This document shows positions 49,101 to 62,342 of a stretch of 64,000 nucleotides of DNA, piece by piece (positions within the stretch are counted from its first letter, which is position 1; each line of letters starts with the position of its first letter). The position numbers were made by a program, and so were the translations under genes. Origin of the DNA: Eledone cirrhosa (taxonomy: Eukaryota); the NCBI GenBank assembly GCA_964016885.1, contig OZ024746.1, forward strand, positions 36,084,001 through 36,148,000, written 5' to 3'. The notes under the pieces are model-generated. The model saw only the letters and a program-made list of their open reading frames with translations, was not told the DNA's origin and ran no database searches.

Positions 49101-51957
49101 CAAGGCCTACAGAGACCGGGTTAGCGTATTAGTTAAGCGGGTGTTGACGGGAGCGGCCATCAAGAACAGGTGGTGGTTCGCCCTGAAAAGGGCAATTAAA
49201 GTAGAGTCGATTAGGTTTAGCAAAGGAGTAGTGATAGAGGAAAATAGAGTAGAGGGAGAGCTAGTCAGAAAGCTAGAAGAGGTGTTTAGGACAGGCATCG
49301 CAACCGACGTGCTTGCGGCGAGTGGCACTCGGCCAATTCTTCAACGCAAAACGCGAAGGCTGCGTTGTCAGAGCTAGAGCGCGTGCTCTGAAACACGAGG
49401 AGACAAAAGCCGTCCAATGGGCCCGGGTGGCAGAGGCCTGACGTGGCAATAAAGCCACAATTCGGTCTTTGTCTGACCAAAACGGGTGCGTGATGCTCGA
49501 ACCCGAGCGGATGTGTGAAGCTTTTCAGGAGCACTTTGCTGAACTGTTCGGGAGCGTCGGCGGCCCGGATCGGGACATGGACTTCAGTGCATACCTCGAC
49601 GGACTGCCTCGGCTCTCGACGACCGCAGCACAGTGTTGCGAAAAGACAATAACAGCCGGTGAAATACGGGAAAAGATGGCTAACTGCACAAGAGGTAAAT
49701 CGCCAGGTTTAGATGGTCTGCCCTACGAGCTTTATGAATTGATGCCAGACTTCGTTCGGTGACCTCTTGGCAGACGTCTACTGCAACTGGCAGCAGAACG
49801 GGAACATTCCCAGTTTTGTGAGCCGAGGAGCAGTGGCGCTGCTGAGAAAAGACCCGAACAAGGGGGATGTTATTGATAATTTCAGGTCCATAACTCTGCT
49901 AAACGCAGAGTTCAAGATGTTGGCCTAGGTGTTAGCAACGAGGTGGGCGCTTGTCGTCAAGGGTCTGGTGGGAGAGGCGCATACATGCGCCATCCCGGAC
50001 AGATCCATACACGACAACCTTGAGCTCATGCGATACATCATAGAGAAGGTCGTTAAGGAACCTGGCAAGAGTGGGGCCCTGATCAACTTGGATCAATCCA
50101 AAGCATTCGATAGGGTCGACCATCGGTACCTGGTGGCGGTCCTTGAGGCAGCCGGTTTCGGGCTCGTTTTCAGGCGTTGGATCGCATCAATGTACAGCGA
50201 CATCTACTCAGTTGTGAGGGTGAACGGTCACCTGTCGCAGCCGTTCAGCATCATGCGCTCAGTCCGCGAAGGTTGTCCCCTCTCGTCCCTCTTGTACGTA
50301 TTGGCTCTCGAGCCGTTACTGCACAAACTGGGTGAGATGAGGTGTGTCCCACGCGAACTAGGATGCGGGAAATCCGAGTCGGCTTACGCTGTCGACGTCA
50401 CCGTGGTGGTGTCGAGCACCAGACACTTCCAGATGCTCGGCCCCGCTCTCAAGGAATACGAAACGGTGACAGGAGCAAAGATAAACCAGGAAAAGTCGGT
50501 GGGCTTGAAGCTAGGGACCTGGTGAGGCAAGTCCAGATGGTGAAAAACTGGAACGAGGTGACGAGCAGGGTCGCTTCCCTCACCCAGAAATGGGCTGAGA
50601 GGAAGCTGTCCCTGAAATGCCGCGCGGAAGTGGCGAATGCGTACATCGCATCCGTCATCTGCTACTACCTCACCGTCGTCCTTTGCTCCAGCCCAACTCT
50701 CACCAAAATGGAGCGCCTCCTCTTCCGCTTTTTGTGGAGGGGACGCGCTCCCATGATCAAACGATCCATCTGCTGTCAACATCCGTTGCGTGGAGGACTG
50801 GGCATGCCATGGCTGATGATGCGCAAACATGCGCTGAGGCTGCGACATCTCTGGTGCTTCCTTGATGGTGAACGGGTGTGGTCGCCGTTGCCAGGCACAT
50901 TTTCTCACAGCTCGTTTCCTTGACGGAGCTACAATCCTGGGTCAGAAAAAGACCGAGGGATAGCGCTTTGAAACTGAAATGTCTCCAGGCGCTCACTGCC
51001 CTCTCCCAGTTGGGCACCAGTATCGGTGGACCATCCACCTCGGCGTTCTATAGAGGACTAGTGGAGGGGAAGAGCGACGCATTCTCGGAGAGATCCTGGG
51101 CGTCGAAGAAGATCAGCTGCTTGCTCTCTTCCGGAGAACTTTCAGCCCGGGGCCTATGGCTAACTTCCAAAAATCCCTGGCCTGGCAGTACTGCCGGGGA
51201 GCGCTGCCGGTTCGAGATAAGCTCTACAGGCACGGAAGTGCCGTCAGCCGAGCCTGTCCGAGATGCGCGCATAGCGACGAAACCGTTGTGCACGCACTGG
51301 TTCAGTGCCCGAGCATTGCTGACATGTGGAGCTATGTCGAACAGTTGCTGTCACGTTAGGGACTGATCTGGTTGTCGACTGAGTCCATTGTGCAGATGGT
51401 TTCGCCGTCTTCCTTTGAGGAGGAAGGGCAGGCGGCTTTCATCTGCCTGGTGGCCATGGCGAAAGAGATTGTGTGGTGGACAAGGTTAAAAGGATTAAAG
51501 ACAAACACTTTCCTCTTCGGCGAATCCCTGATTAACTTTTTCAAGTTGCACTTGAAGAGGAAAATCATGGTGGAGAGGCAAGTGCTGCTTTCTAGCAAGT
51601 TTGTTGAAAGGTGGGTGAATGTAGCGAGAATGGTCCGAGTAAATGGGACCACTCTGAATATACGTGTGTAGTTTGAGAGATGGAAAAATTGAGAGAGGGC
51701 GCTTGCCCTGGTACTCAGGGTGGCCGTGGTCTTTTGTGTGGTATTCGCCACGAGTAACCCTCGGAGGTTTCCCCCTTATTGGGGAATGTTTCATTGTTTC
51801 AATTTTCATTTTATTGTTTATATATATATATGTTTTATGTCTTTTTTCTTTTCTTATATAAATAATAAAAATATTTACACGCACAAAACCCACTCGTACC
51901 GTCCTGTTCCGTCTGTGATGTTTTTCTTGATGTCAGCACTTGTGGCCAATAAATAAA

Positions 51958-51959
<2 letters not shown>
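46133..51959 (+). mobile_element. L1/Tx1-clade LINE, copy 3 (apparently full length, multiple disruptions)
   Basis: ORF1 about 46327-48310 with CYLCGWKGHLRA; ORF2 about 48343-51670 (APE, RT, CPRC..HALVQC); AATAAA tail; (ATT)n on both flanks (46105-46132 and 51960-52005). Confidence 0.93.
46558..46668 (+). repeat. Three 36-bp tandem repeats inside the Asn-rich ORF1 N-terminus
   Basis: KNNSGKVENDNN x3. Confidence 0.9.
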
Positions 51960-51995
<36 letters not shown>

Positions 51996-52005
51996 GTTGT
52001 TATTA

Positions 52006-54900
52006 CTCTTTGAGTCTCAGTCATTGATGTTAGTTAACTGAAAAGTTTGTTGAAATGAATATCAAGCCACTACCTGCAGCCTCACATATTCAGGACGTAT
52101 CGGAGGGTTCTTGCTGTTCCCAGCAAGCATGCCTTTTGAAGCGTTCCAAAAAGCGTGAAGGGGCCAATTTTCTTTAACCATCCCTGGAAACTTTTTGAGA
52201 TAGTCCTAGTGCGCCTATGACAATCGGGATCACTTTGACTTCATGGCAGTTCCAAATCCTTTTTACCTCCCACTTTACGTCTTGGTATCGGTTAATTTTC
52301 TCCCTCTCCTTCTCTTGCACTCTCGTGTCGAATGGGCAGGCCACATCCACAATCAGGCACGATCTTTTTTCTTTGTCCAAAACCACCAGGTCAGGTCTAT
52401 TGTGTTCCAGTTTCTTGTCCGTCTGTATCCTAAAATCCCACAGCACCTTTACCTGATCGCTTTCTATCACCGCCAATGGCTTCTGCTCATACCACTTCTC
52501 AGAATGTGGTAAATTGTTTACTTAGCATAGGTGCCATTGGATCACCCTGCCCATCACATCATGTCTCCAGCCCTTATAGTGAGTCTGGGCTAGGTGTTTA
52601 CACTCGGATACAATGTGAGCCACAGTCTCCTCTCTCCACAGATCCTGCACAGTGGGCTAGCCTCCTCCTTGTAAATGTGGTGTTTTAACCACTTCGTTTT
52701 GAGGGCCTGCGCCTGCGCAGCCATTAACTTTTCTTCTGTAGCCTTTTTAAGGTCTCCTCTTTTCAACCAGTTCTATGTCTGTGGATCTCTAACTTCAGTT
52801 TTCTCAAAGAAGGTACTATGAAGGGATTTTTCCTGAAGGCTGCTCTTTCTCCTTGATGTTATTTCCTCCTTGGACATCCCCTGGCATATTGTCCCCTCCT
52901 TCAGTACAGTTCTGAGCATTGGCTCCTTACTATCAGTCACGTATTTGTGTAGGTTGTTTTTCTCCATCTGAACACAGTCCTCTATGCTGATAAGACCTCT
53001 TCCACCTTCAGATCTCCTTAAGTAGAGTCTATCTACATCACTCCTTTTGTGGAACATGTTGTAGATAGTCAATAGCTTCCTAGTCTTCCTATCCATTTCT
53101 TTTTGTTCAGCAACATTCCATCTCAGAATTCCGGCACTGTACCTAATAATAGACACAGCTCGGGAATTTACTGCACTTATGGCATTCCTACTGTTCAGAT
53201 GTGACTTTAATACGCTTCTTACTCTCCGAAGGTATTCAGTTCTTATCAATTCCTTCATTCTTTTGTTCTTGATGTCATCAGCCTCCAGAACGCCCAAATA
53301 CTCGTATCCTTCCTCAGAGTCAAAAGAGGCACCATGTCAAATGCCTTTTTGTAGTCTATCCATCCCATTGCAAGACCAGTGTGTCTCCTCTTGCAATTCC
53401 TCATTACCACCTTATCAATAAGTAACTGGTACTTTGTACCACGTGACTTGTTTCGACATCCTTTCTGTTCGTCCGGTAACACGTTTTTTTGTGTGGAGGT
53501 GATGGTAGATTTCCTCAGACATAATGCTTGTCAACAGTTTCCACATTACGGACAGACATGTGATAGGTCTATAGTTGGTAACATCATTACCCTTGATTCG
53601 GTCTTTCATTGTCAGAACTGTGGTACCTTTTGTAAACCACTCTGGTACCTCACCTGACATCAAGCAGTCATTGAACATGGTTGTCAGTTTCGGGTGGAGG
53701 GATGTTATATTTTTAATCCAATACCCCTGCACACCATCTGGGCCTGGTGATTTCCAGTTGGTTAGTGTTTTGGCCTGCCCCTTAAGAGTTTCAACTGTGA
53801 TACACAAATCGGTTTGTTGTAGTGCCTGTTCACTGATCTCCTTCTGTACTGTCTCAATCCACACTGCCTGGTCATTATGTTTAACATCCTGCTCCGATAT
53901 TCCTCTCCAGAATGTTTTAGTTTGTTCCGCCTCAGGGATCAAGTCGTTGCCTCTCTCTTTCCCTTCAAGCTGTCCGAACAGCACCTTCTGGCTGTTGTCG
54001 AACATGCGGTTCTGTCTATACTGACTGACCCTGTTCTCGTATCGCCTGATTGTTGCACTCTTTGCTAAAATGCGTTGCTTCAGTTCCTCTATGATAATAT
54101 TTAGCTTTTTCCTCCTAGTTTTGTACTTTATTTCCAGTCTATTTTTAGTGTCTATGTTTTTTAGTGTCCCATTCAGTAGGGACTCAAGCTTTCCAATGTC
54201 ATTTCTCATTTCCCTGATTTTACCACTCAGTCGCGTCTTCCACCAAGGCTCTGCTCTTTCTTGTCTGTTGTTTCCTCTCGCTTTTATATCAAGTAGTTTC
54301 CTCACCGTATTTGCTGTTGCTTTGAGGATATGTTGCACTGGTGAAGGCTCCTCGCCTCAAGCTATGGGATGACTTTGTTTACCTTAGCTGTTGTTTCTTT
54401 TAACTTGTTCCTGTCTACAAATCTTAGGTTCATAGGTCTCCCACTATCATTGTTCAATTCATCTAACACTAAGTTTAGGATATCAACCAAATCTTGTCCT
54501 AGCCCGTCAGCATTCATCTCCTCAGTGGCCGTATCTCTGTTCCAGCTATTATTTATCTCAGCATTCAGATTATTGTCTGCTTCGGGCGGTTCCTACGTTC
54601 TCTCGACCTCTTCACCTTCATTTCCCACTGGCTCGTTTGCCTGGCATACTCCACTCTCCATCTCCAAGCTGATCTCTCTGCTCAGTTCCTCCAGTTCCAG
54701 CTCGCTTATCCACCCATTAGTTCTTATTAGCCGAGCCTGCCCGGCCAGTTTTTGTTCATCTAATTTAAATAGACCTATCTTGTTCCAGATGTTATGCATC
54801 CGTTTCCTATAGCCTTTTTCCTTGGGTTAATTTTCAGGTAACATTGCATAACAGTTCTATTCAATTCTTTCATCCAGTTGGTTCTGGTCCCTTTCCTTCT
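52006..54900 (-). mobile_element. R4/Dong-clade LINE, copy 4 (same family as copy 1; RT core deleted)
   Basis: Closely similar to 27480-31230; RLE VLWDFRIQTD..NRPDLVV..VDVACP..IGALG; 3' end abuts (TAA)n. Confidence 0.92.
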
Positions 54901-55044
54901 TCTTCTTCGTCACCAGCAGTATTTGGTCGACAGTGGGAGAGAATAGCGGCGGTAGCAATATTGAGGCGGTGGTGGTGGTGATGTGGTCGTATTACTGTAG
55001 TGATTGTGTTGAAGTTGGAGTAGAAATTTGAGTCGACTTGACCA

Positions 55045-55790
55045 AAGTTTTGTTTTAGTAGTGGGATGTTATTGTGAATAGTGTTGTAAGCTTCCGCATT
55101 TCTTGGGTTGTGTGTTGAGATATATGATAGAATATTGGACGTACCTTGAATTTGTTTCTGTTTCCGTAATTCATCAATGCTTATTGCTTTAGCCTTTTCT
55201 ATTAGATTATTTATTAGTAATAGTGGGTACTCTCTCTCGAGTAGAATTTCCTTTAATTCTTGAAGTCTTTTATTCCGCGTTTCATAACTGGAGACAATGG
55301 TGCAAATTCTTCTTGCTAGGTTAAAAGGAATGTTCGTCTTCGTGTGCTTTGGCTGGTTGGAGGTGGATAGCAGATATTGTTTGGAATCTGTTGGTTTGTA
55401 GTGTATGTCAGTTTCGATATGTGTGTCTTTTTCAAGTAAAAAGAAATCCAAACACTCATATATGAAAAAACAACCTGTGACAACCCCCCCCCTCTTATTT
55501 GAAGAACTATTGTAACGCGAACTGGCGCGAAATGTATTATAATTATTGACAAACCAATCAAATTACTTCTCGAAAAACCTGGCATTTCGAGCCACTTTTT
55601 CCATATAAAACAAGTAACATTCAGAGACCAACCAAATGTGAGAAAAACCACAGACCCTCCATCTCAACTCACCTTTTGAAAAGCAGAAGAACTGCGAAAC
55701 CGGTAAAGGAACCAAATAAATATATATATTTTTTTAAAAAATAAGACTCCAGTTGCATTTTAGATTTCATCTCTTTTTCTATATATCAAT
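55045..55790. mobile_element. PLE family B remnant: minus-strand RT C-terminal fragment (about 55045-55440) joined to a plus-strand terminal repeat
   Basis: TDIHYKPTDSKQYL..KTNIPFNLARRICTIVS homologous to PLE A; the terminal repeat matches 17301-17430 and ends in (TA)n. Confidence 0.82.
55672..55709 (+). ncRNA. Hammerhead motif, U3:A8 core variant (best-preserved copy)
   Basis: CCUU-UUGAAAA-GCAG aagaa CUGC-GAAA-CCGG-UA-AAGG; all three stems pair; followed by AATAAA. Confidence 0.72.
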
Positions 55791-55802
55791 ATATATATAT
55801 AT

Positions 55803-56330
55803 AATGGCTGCACCCTCGTCATCGAGTATGGCCATTGCACGATATACCATTATTAATAATTATTAATTAATTCCTTCGTGCAATGCCTGTGGTGAGAATA
55901 TTTTTTTAAAGTGAGGAAATACTGTGCACTGAGCCAATCCCACTCTCTGAGCGACAGCAGCTATAACCCGAAAAGAAGAAAAGATCAACATCATTGGTAA
56001 CCTCTGAACCGCAGATTTTATATGGGAGTTATCCCAGTTTCTCGAGTTGCCTTCTAGAAGAATGCCCTGACAAAGGCTAGGGGTTCTTCACTCCCAGTGG
56101 TTTAACCGCGCAATCGGGCGTCCAGCCTGACTATTTCCATGTCCCCGCGCATATACATATACATGCACCCATTTATATCCACATGTACATACATATGTAC
56201 ATGTGTATATACATATTTACACACTTTTGGATAGCCATTGACTCTTATGATTTCTTCCGCCCTTTGACAGGTTTTGTTCTTTGACCTGCGGGGTATCCAA
56301 AATCACCCTGTCGCATGGTCGGGTCGGCGG

Positions 56331-56332
<2 letters not shown>
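55803..56332 (-). mobile_element. RTE-related non-autonomous element, second copy
   Basis: The reverse complement aligns by eye with 24560-24835 and shares the 3' end TGGCC.TACTCG....CGAG...GCAGCCA; carries a ~120 bp internal insertion. Confidence 0.65.
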
Positions 56333-56779
<447 letters not shown>

Positions 56780-57297
56780 CGTACGTGTAGGTGGCTTTAT
56801 CTTTATATATAGTTATACTTACTTATATATGCATGCATGGACGATTGCATAGTTAAGTCGGTACATATTAAGAAGTAAATTAATATATATTTGCTATTCG
56901 AATTTTTTGTAGAATCTAACATGTCTCATCTGTGGAAAGCCATCACCGTACCACAACACATCGTAATTAGATATGTGGCATTTTCAGGAAGGCTCTCTTG
57001 AAATGTCAATCACGAAAAATAAAAGCAAAATGAACAGGATTCACTGAGTGTAAATGACTCACTGGGTTTAAATGATTTACTTTCTTTCGGGGCAAATTAC
57101 TCCAAGAAATGTCTGATGCCAAAATCTTTCAACGCATAGATTGCCACACATGTATTTATGTGTGTAAGCATAATTGTATATATGTGTTTATATAATGTAA
57201 AAATCCTAGAGATAGGCAAACACACAAACTCAGACAGGCAACGCGCACATAAACGAGTACATTCACGCAAACCAGACACACGCCCAACACTCACTCG

Positions 57298-57328
<31 letters not shown>

Positions 57329-57412
57329 GCACACACACACACACACACGCATACACCCCCCCCCACACACACACACATATACACACATACACACACACGC
57401 ATATATATATAT
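57298..57412. repeat. (CT)n(CA)n(TA)n compound microsatellite
   Basis: Directly visible. Confidence 0.93.
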
Positions 57413-58037
57413 AAAATGTATAATTCTTCTTATCACTATACAAATACGCCTCGGGCATTGATATGATATTCTTTTCAGTATATCATACTTTTCTATTCTC
57501 TTTTCCTTTTTAAATAAAATGTTGACAAGGATACATGAAATATTTTGAATGCCCAAAACAATGTAAACACTTAAATTAGATGGCATAAATTATTTGGAGT
57601 GTGATGCCATGTATTTACTGCAAATATATATTTTCCAGCTTTCGTACCAGTTTTGTTATAAAATAACTACGCAGAATATTAAGCAATATTTACTTGTGTT
57701 TGGGGAAGCATGATGTATTTTCTAATCGTTTTAATCTCGACGAGGATTATCGCAATGGTGATGCTGATTAAGGTGATGATGATAGTGACTGTGACGATGG
57801 TTTATGCTGATGCTGATGACGAGCATCATGAAGATGATTAACTGATCTCCCCTATTCTTCCGCAAAAATGAATCGAAACGAAAAAAAAAAACGAAAAAAA
57901 AACGCATTACTGTATTCTTCGTGTCCCCCTGAAAGAACAATAACATTAACCGACATTGAACAAATTGAACAATATATTTATATGATGTTTATCTAAAATG
58001 CATTTCACTGATAATTTATTCAACAAACAGAAGCATC

Positions 58038-58188
58038 ATAATTGTTTCTACTTTTGGCACAAGGCCACAATTATCAGTACATTACTGGTACTTTATTTTA
58101 TCGACCCCGTAAGGATGAAAGGCAAAGTTTACCTCGGCGGTATTTGAACTCAGAATGGCAAGGGCCGTAACTCTATACATCAAAGCAT
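58038..58188 (-). mobile_element. Nin-domain-type SINE, 5'-truncated
   Basis: Shared B-box-like sequence, core and tail. Confidence 0.88.
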
Positions 58189-61100
58189 CATAATGACAGT
58201 ATATAAATTGTGAAGAAAGACATTCCTCTGCAATATCGGAAACAGCAGCTCGCCTGATGAAAGTAAGTCGGTGAGATGATTTAGCTGTTGCTGCAGCTGG
58301 CACTGACCAATCTCCGTTGCAATGCTTTCAACATCCTTTTGTGGGGCTTAGCTGAAACATATCGTTCAAACGCGGATGTAGAAATTCCTGCTGGGTGTTT
58401 GTACTGTGCATGTGTGTGTGTGTATACCTCAATGTTGCGTGTCTATCTGTAATTGTCTAAGAGCGTTGGGTATTATATGTGTGAGCGTTATTATGTCAGA
58501 AAATACTTATGTGCGCTTTTATGTAAAGTAATGCGTGCTGAGTTCTAATTCTCTTGCTGTGGTGAGAATTGTTCTTCTTATTCTCATTGCTAATAACATT
58601 ATTGGTGCAGTTTTTGTTGATTTTCTGTTTCTTAAGCCATTTCTTTTTAACATCATTCTGATTATCACCTTTTCAGTTTTTATGTTCCTGTATTCGTTTG
58701 CTGTGACGTGTTTTACCCCTAATTTATTGATTTGCTTTACCTCACAAATTCAGTGAAATGTTCTTCACCTTCTATTCAACATTTCTATTAACACCAGTTT
58801 GGCATACATGATCATCACCCAATCAATTGATTGATAAAATACTATAGACGACCAGAGGAAATTTTACAGTAATGTTTTCTTATGTCTATTTAAACCTACT
58901 ATTTAATAGATTCAGTTTCCCTTCTCTGTCTATAAGCAGCATGGACCATCATTTCTTTAACTGAAACAGTGAGCCACAGATAGAATTATATTTTAACCTC
59001 GTGGTTATGTTTGAGTATCAACGTTTCTCATCAACACCAAGGGCATCACCAATATGCTCATCCTCTCTCACACTACACCTGATCCTCCAATCCATCTTCA
59101 ACCTTCCCCTCCTCCTCATCATCAGTAACAGCAATATCGTCATCAAATCCCGTAATCATCATTATCATCCAAGCATTAGCAGAACGTTTCGTCCATTTTG
59201 TGGTTGTTTTTTTTTTAGTCCATTTTACTTGAAAGACAATCAAAATCTGTAACCTAAGGTCTTACATTTTACGTACTGCGTATTTTCATATCGATCATGC
59301 TAGCTGTTCTAAGTAAAACAGTCATTTGGATATAAGCCAAACTCATTTTCTTTCCGAATCAATGCCTAGCATCAATAGAAGTCTTAACACAATATCTATT
59401 GTTTCTCTATTACGAACTGAGTGATTTGTTTGTATGCTGTTCATTCGTTTCAAAATTTAATCATAATTTCTTACATATCATATCGTATGGCTGTTACAAA
59501 TATACACATAGACGGAAACAGGCATGCATTCTATATCGACAATAATACACATTGAAAACGAAACGAATCGGCTATTTGGAGAAAATAAACTCCTGAACAA
59601 ATGTAGGTGTCCTCTGCCAAACCAACAAAGTAGAGGAAGTGTCGACATTGCTTTGGAAAAAGAAGCGAAAGCAGCTAAATTTATCCATAATGCGTTCTAG
59701 CCTCAATCTTTGTTTACATAAAATCTAAGTACTGATTCATATTAAATTCTCTTTAGTTTCTACTTACGAGATATATTCGTACTTCTGCTGTACACACATC
59801 ATAATATATTTGTACCTGCATAATACTCATTGTGTTCTTAATAAATGTAATTATTCTCAATCAGATTTTGGGTCGTAATTTCAAAATGCTGTTATCATAT
59901 TACTTAGTTTACTATATGGAATTTATAATTTTCTTAGATTACATTTAAGAAAATGATACCTGCAGTTTGCGGAAATATTAGTTTATGAAAATATATTACT
60001 TAAATAATTATCTTAAATTTCACATCATTATGTTTTTTGTCTGTCTATGAATTAATTCCTATGTGAATGTAACTTTGCTTTTGGTCTATTTCTCTTATCG
60101 TTGTTTCCGTTGTGGTGTGTAGTAGTAATTGGAGAGTATTAAGATACCTTGGTGTAAATCTATATTTTGAATGTCATGACCAATTCAAATAAATACATTT
60201 GAATTATATAACGGTGCTCCAACTATTTGGAATTTAGAACCTAAATATTGGTTCGTACACCTCTCGTTAATGATGAAGCATGGGGAGTGGGAGGGAAAAC
60301 GTAAAATATTTATCTCTAACGTGGAAAGAATTCACTTTATATTGGATTTCTATTTGTTATAAGTATGAATATGTTACACACCTGAATTTATTATATCGTT
60401 TTTAACGATGGCCAATATATTTCGAAATATTGCACGAGAAAATAAATACTTAATTATTCTGATAATAAATTCAAGGAATCATCAATCTTAGTCCTCTTAT
60501 CCGTATCTTCAGTTAGAAATTTGTTCATCAATAACTGCTGTTTACTTGCATATTAATCATTGCAGAAATCACTATTATATATTTAATATATATGTATCAA
60601 ATGTGTATTTGTAATTCTTCCAATTATGACAGACCTGCCTCAAAAATATCATGTCGGCAATGTTTACATTACTGACGCATGAATATAACAGAACAGTATT
60701 TGCTAAAGCGTACTGATATGGATGGTTTTATATTAAGAACCATTCTCTGTGAGTTGTGTTAACATTTCTTCTCTCCCTTTTATTGTAGATTTCACAAACA
60801 TTTGAAAATGAATTTTTTTCTTATGGGTTTCTAGAATTAGATCAATATAGCATACTAGCTCACATGTGATTTTAAAAGAAGTTGATTGACATACTGGACA
60901 TTGCAGTAATATGTTCCTCGAATACAACACCACAATCCTATGAAAAGATATATTAGGGACATATTTTGTATTCAGAACAATTCAACGTTGTCACATCTGG
61001 AAGGTCACTCGGGTAATGCATATGTTCCTATGTATTAGACAATCACATGAGATCACAGAAAAACATTAATATATTTTCATCAGTTTTAGTTCACTTGAGG

Positions 61101-62243
61101 TCACACTTGTGATATAGTTAAGGGGTGATTTGTGTGTGGTTCATCTAAAGTATTTTAATGAATTCATGGATTCACATAGAAAGGGCATTTCATTTATGCA
61201 CCCAAACACATCCTCATACACTAATATAAACACACGCACAATACACACAAGCACCCCCACAGATACACCCGCCGTATATATGTCTGTGTGTGTATGTGTG
61301 TGTCTGTGTGTGTGTTTGCGTGTGTGCGTGGGTACACATATTTATGTGGTTAAAATTAATGTTAAATCTCTATGTATAGAAATATTTCTGGTGAATCTCA
61401 ATTTACCTCGTTAGACAAGACAAATATTTCAATAATAGTTTCACAAGTAGAGTTAAATTTAATAGACATATTAACATGTTTTACTTGATAAACAGAATGA
61501 CAATAATTTAACCAACATATTGGTCTCATATTCTGCAAATTATTTTACATATCGTTAAACAATTATAAGCTTAAACATATAGTCCTCACTCTCAATGGGA
61601 TACACTACGAAACACATTTTTACTACATGAGACACACTTGAATAGTGGTGTTTCCAGCCCCCATCCTGATTTGCAAAACCAGAGACTCGGAAACATTTTT
61701 CGGAAACACCATCTATATATAGTCGCTAGCATCCTCCCTCCCGCATTAGTTCCTGATCTTTGTCTGTAAATATATCAGAGTCATGTTTTGTCATGGGTTG
61801 GCCCCTTCCGTGCATTTACACTGGTTTCGAGATACGTAACATTTCTGTCTCTAACCAACGCCACCAACAACTGGTCTATCACCAAGTTCTTGCAGCACTG
61901 GGTGGATGTTGATATATATATATATTTTCGAATAGGTCCCATTAACTAAGATATGAACGTGTCCCTTGTTATTCCGTGCAAAGAAGAATATGGTATGCAT
62001 GCATTTACTCCTTCCGACAATATTGCAGTGTTTTCGTAGCACTTTTCATTGATGATTATCCATAAACCGTGATTATCCATAAACCGACCCTGCATTTCTT
62101 GCTGAGAGGGTTGTGAAGTATAAGCAGCTTATTAAGAAATCTCATACTGAAGCAAAGAGAAGACTAATTGTACACGATGATAAGGTTTACATGGATATGG
62201 ATACATTCGTACTACGGACCACACCCTAGCAGTGGGGTACTGC

Positions 62244-62246
<3 letters not shown>

Positions 62247-62340
<94 letters not shown>
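62247..62340. repeat. (TA)n microsatellite
   Basis: Directly visible. Confidence 0.98.

Positions 62341-62342
<2 letters not shown>

Noticed and set aside
58245-58365. CTGATGA...GAAAC pair as a hammerhead
   Set aside because: No complementary stems flank the core.
62225-62250. TAGCAGT-GGGGT-ACTGCTA hairpin as a Helitron 3' end
   Set aside because: No CTRR terminus at the expected spacing and no matching 5' end.
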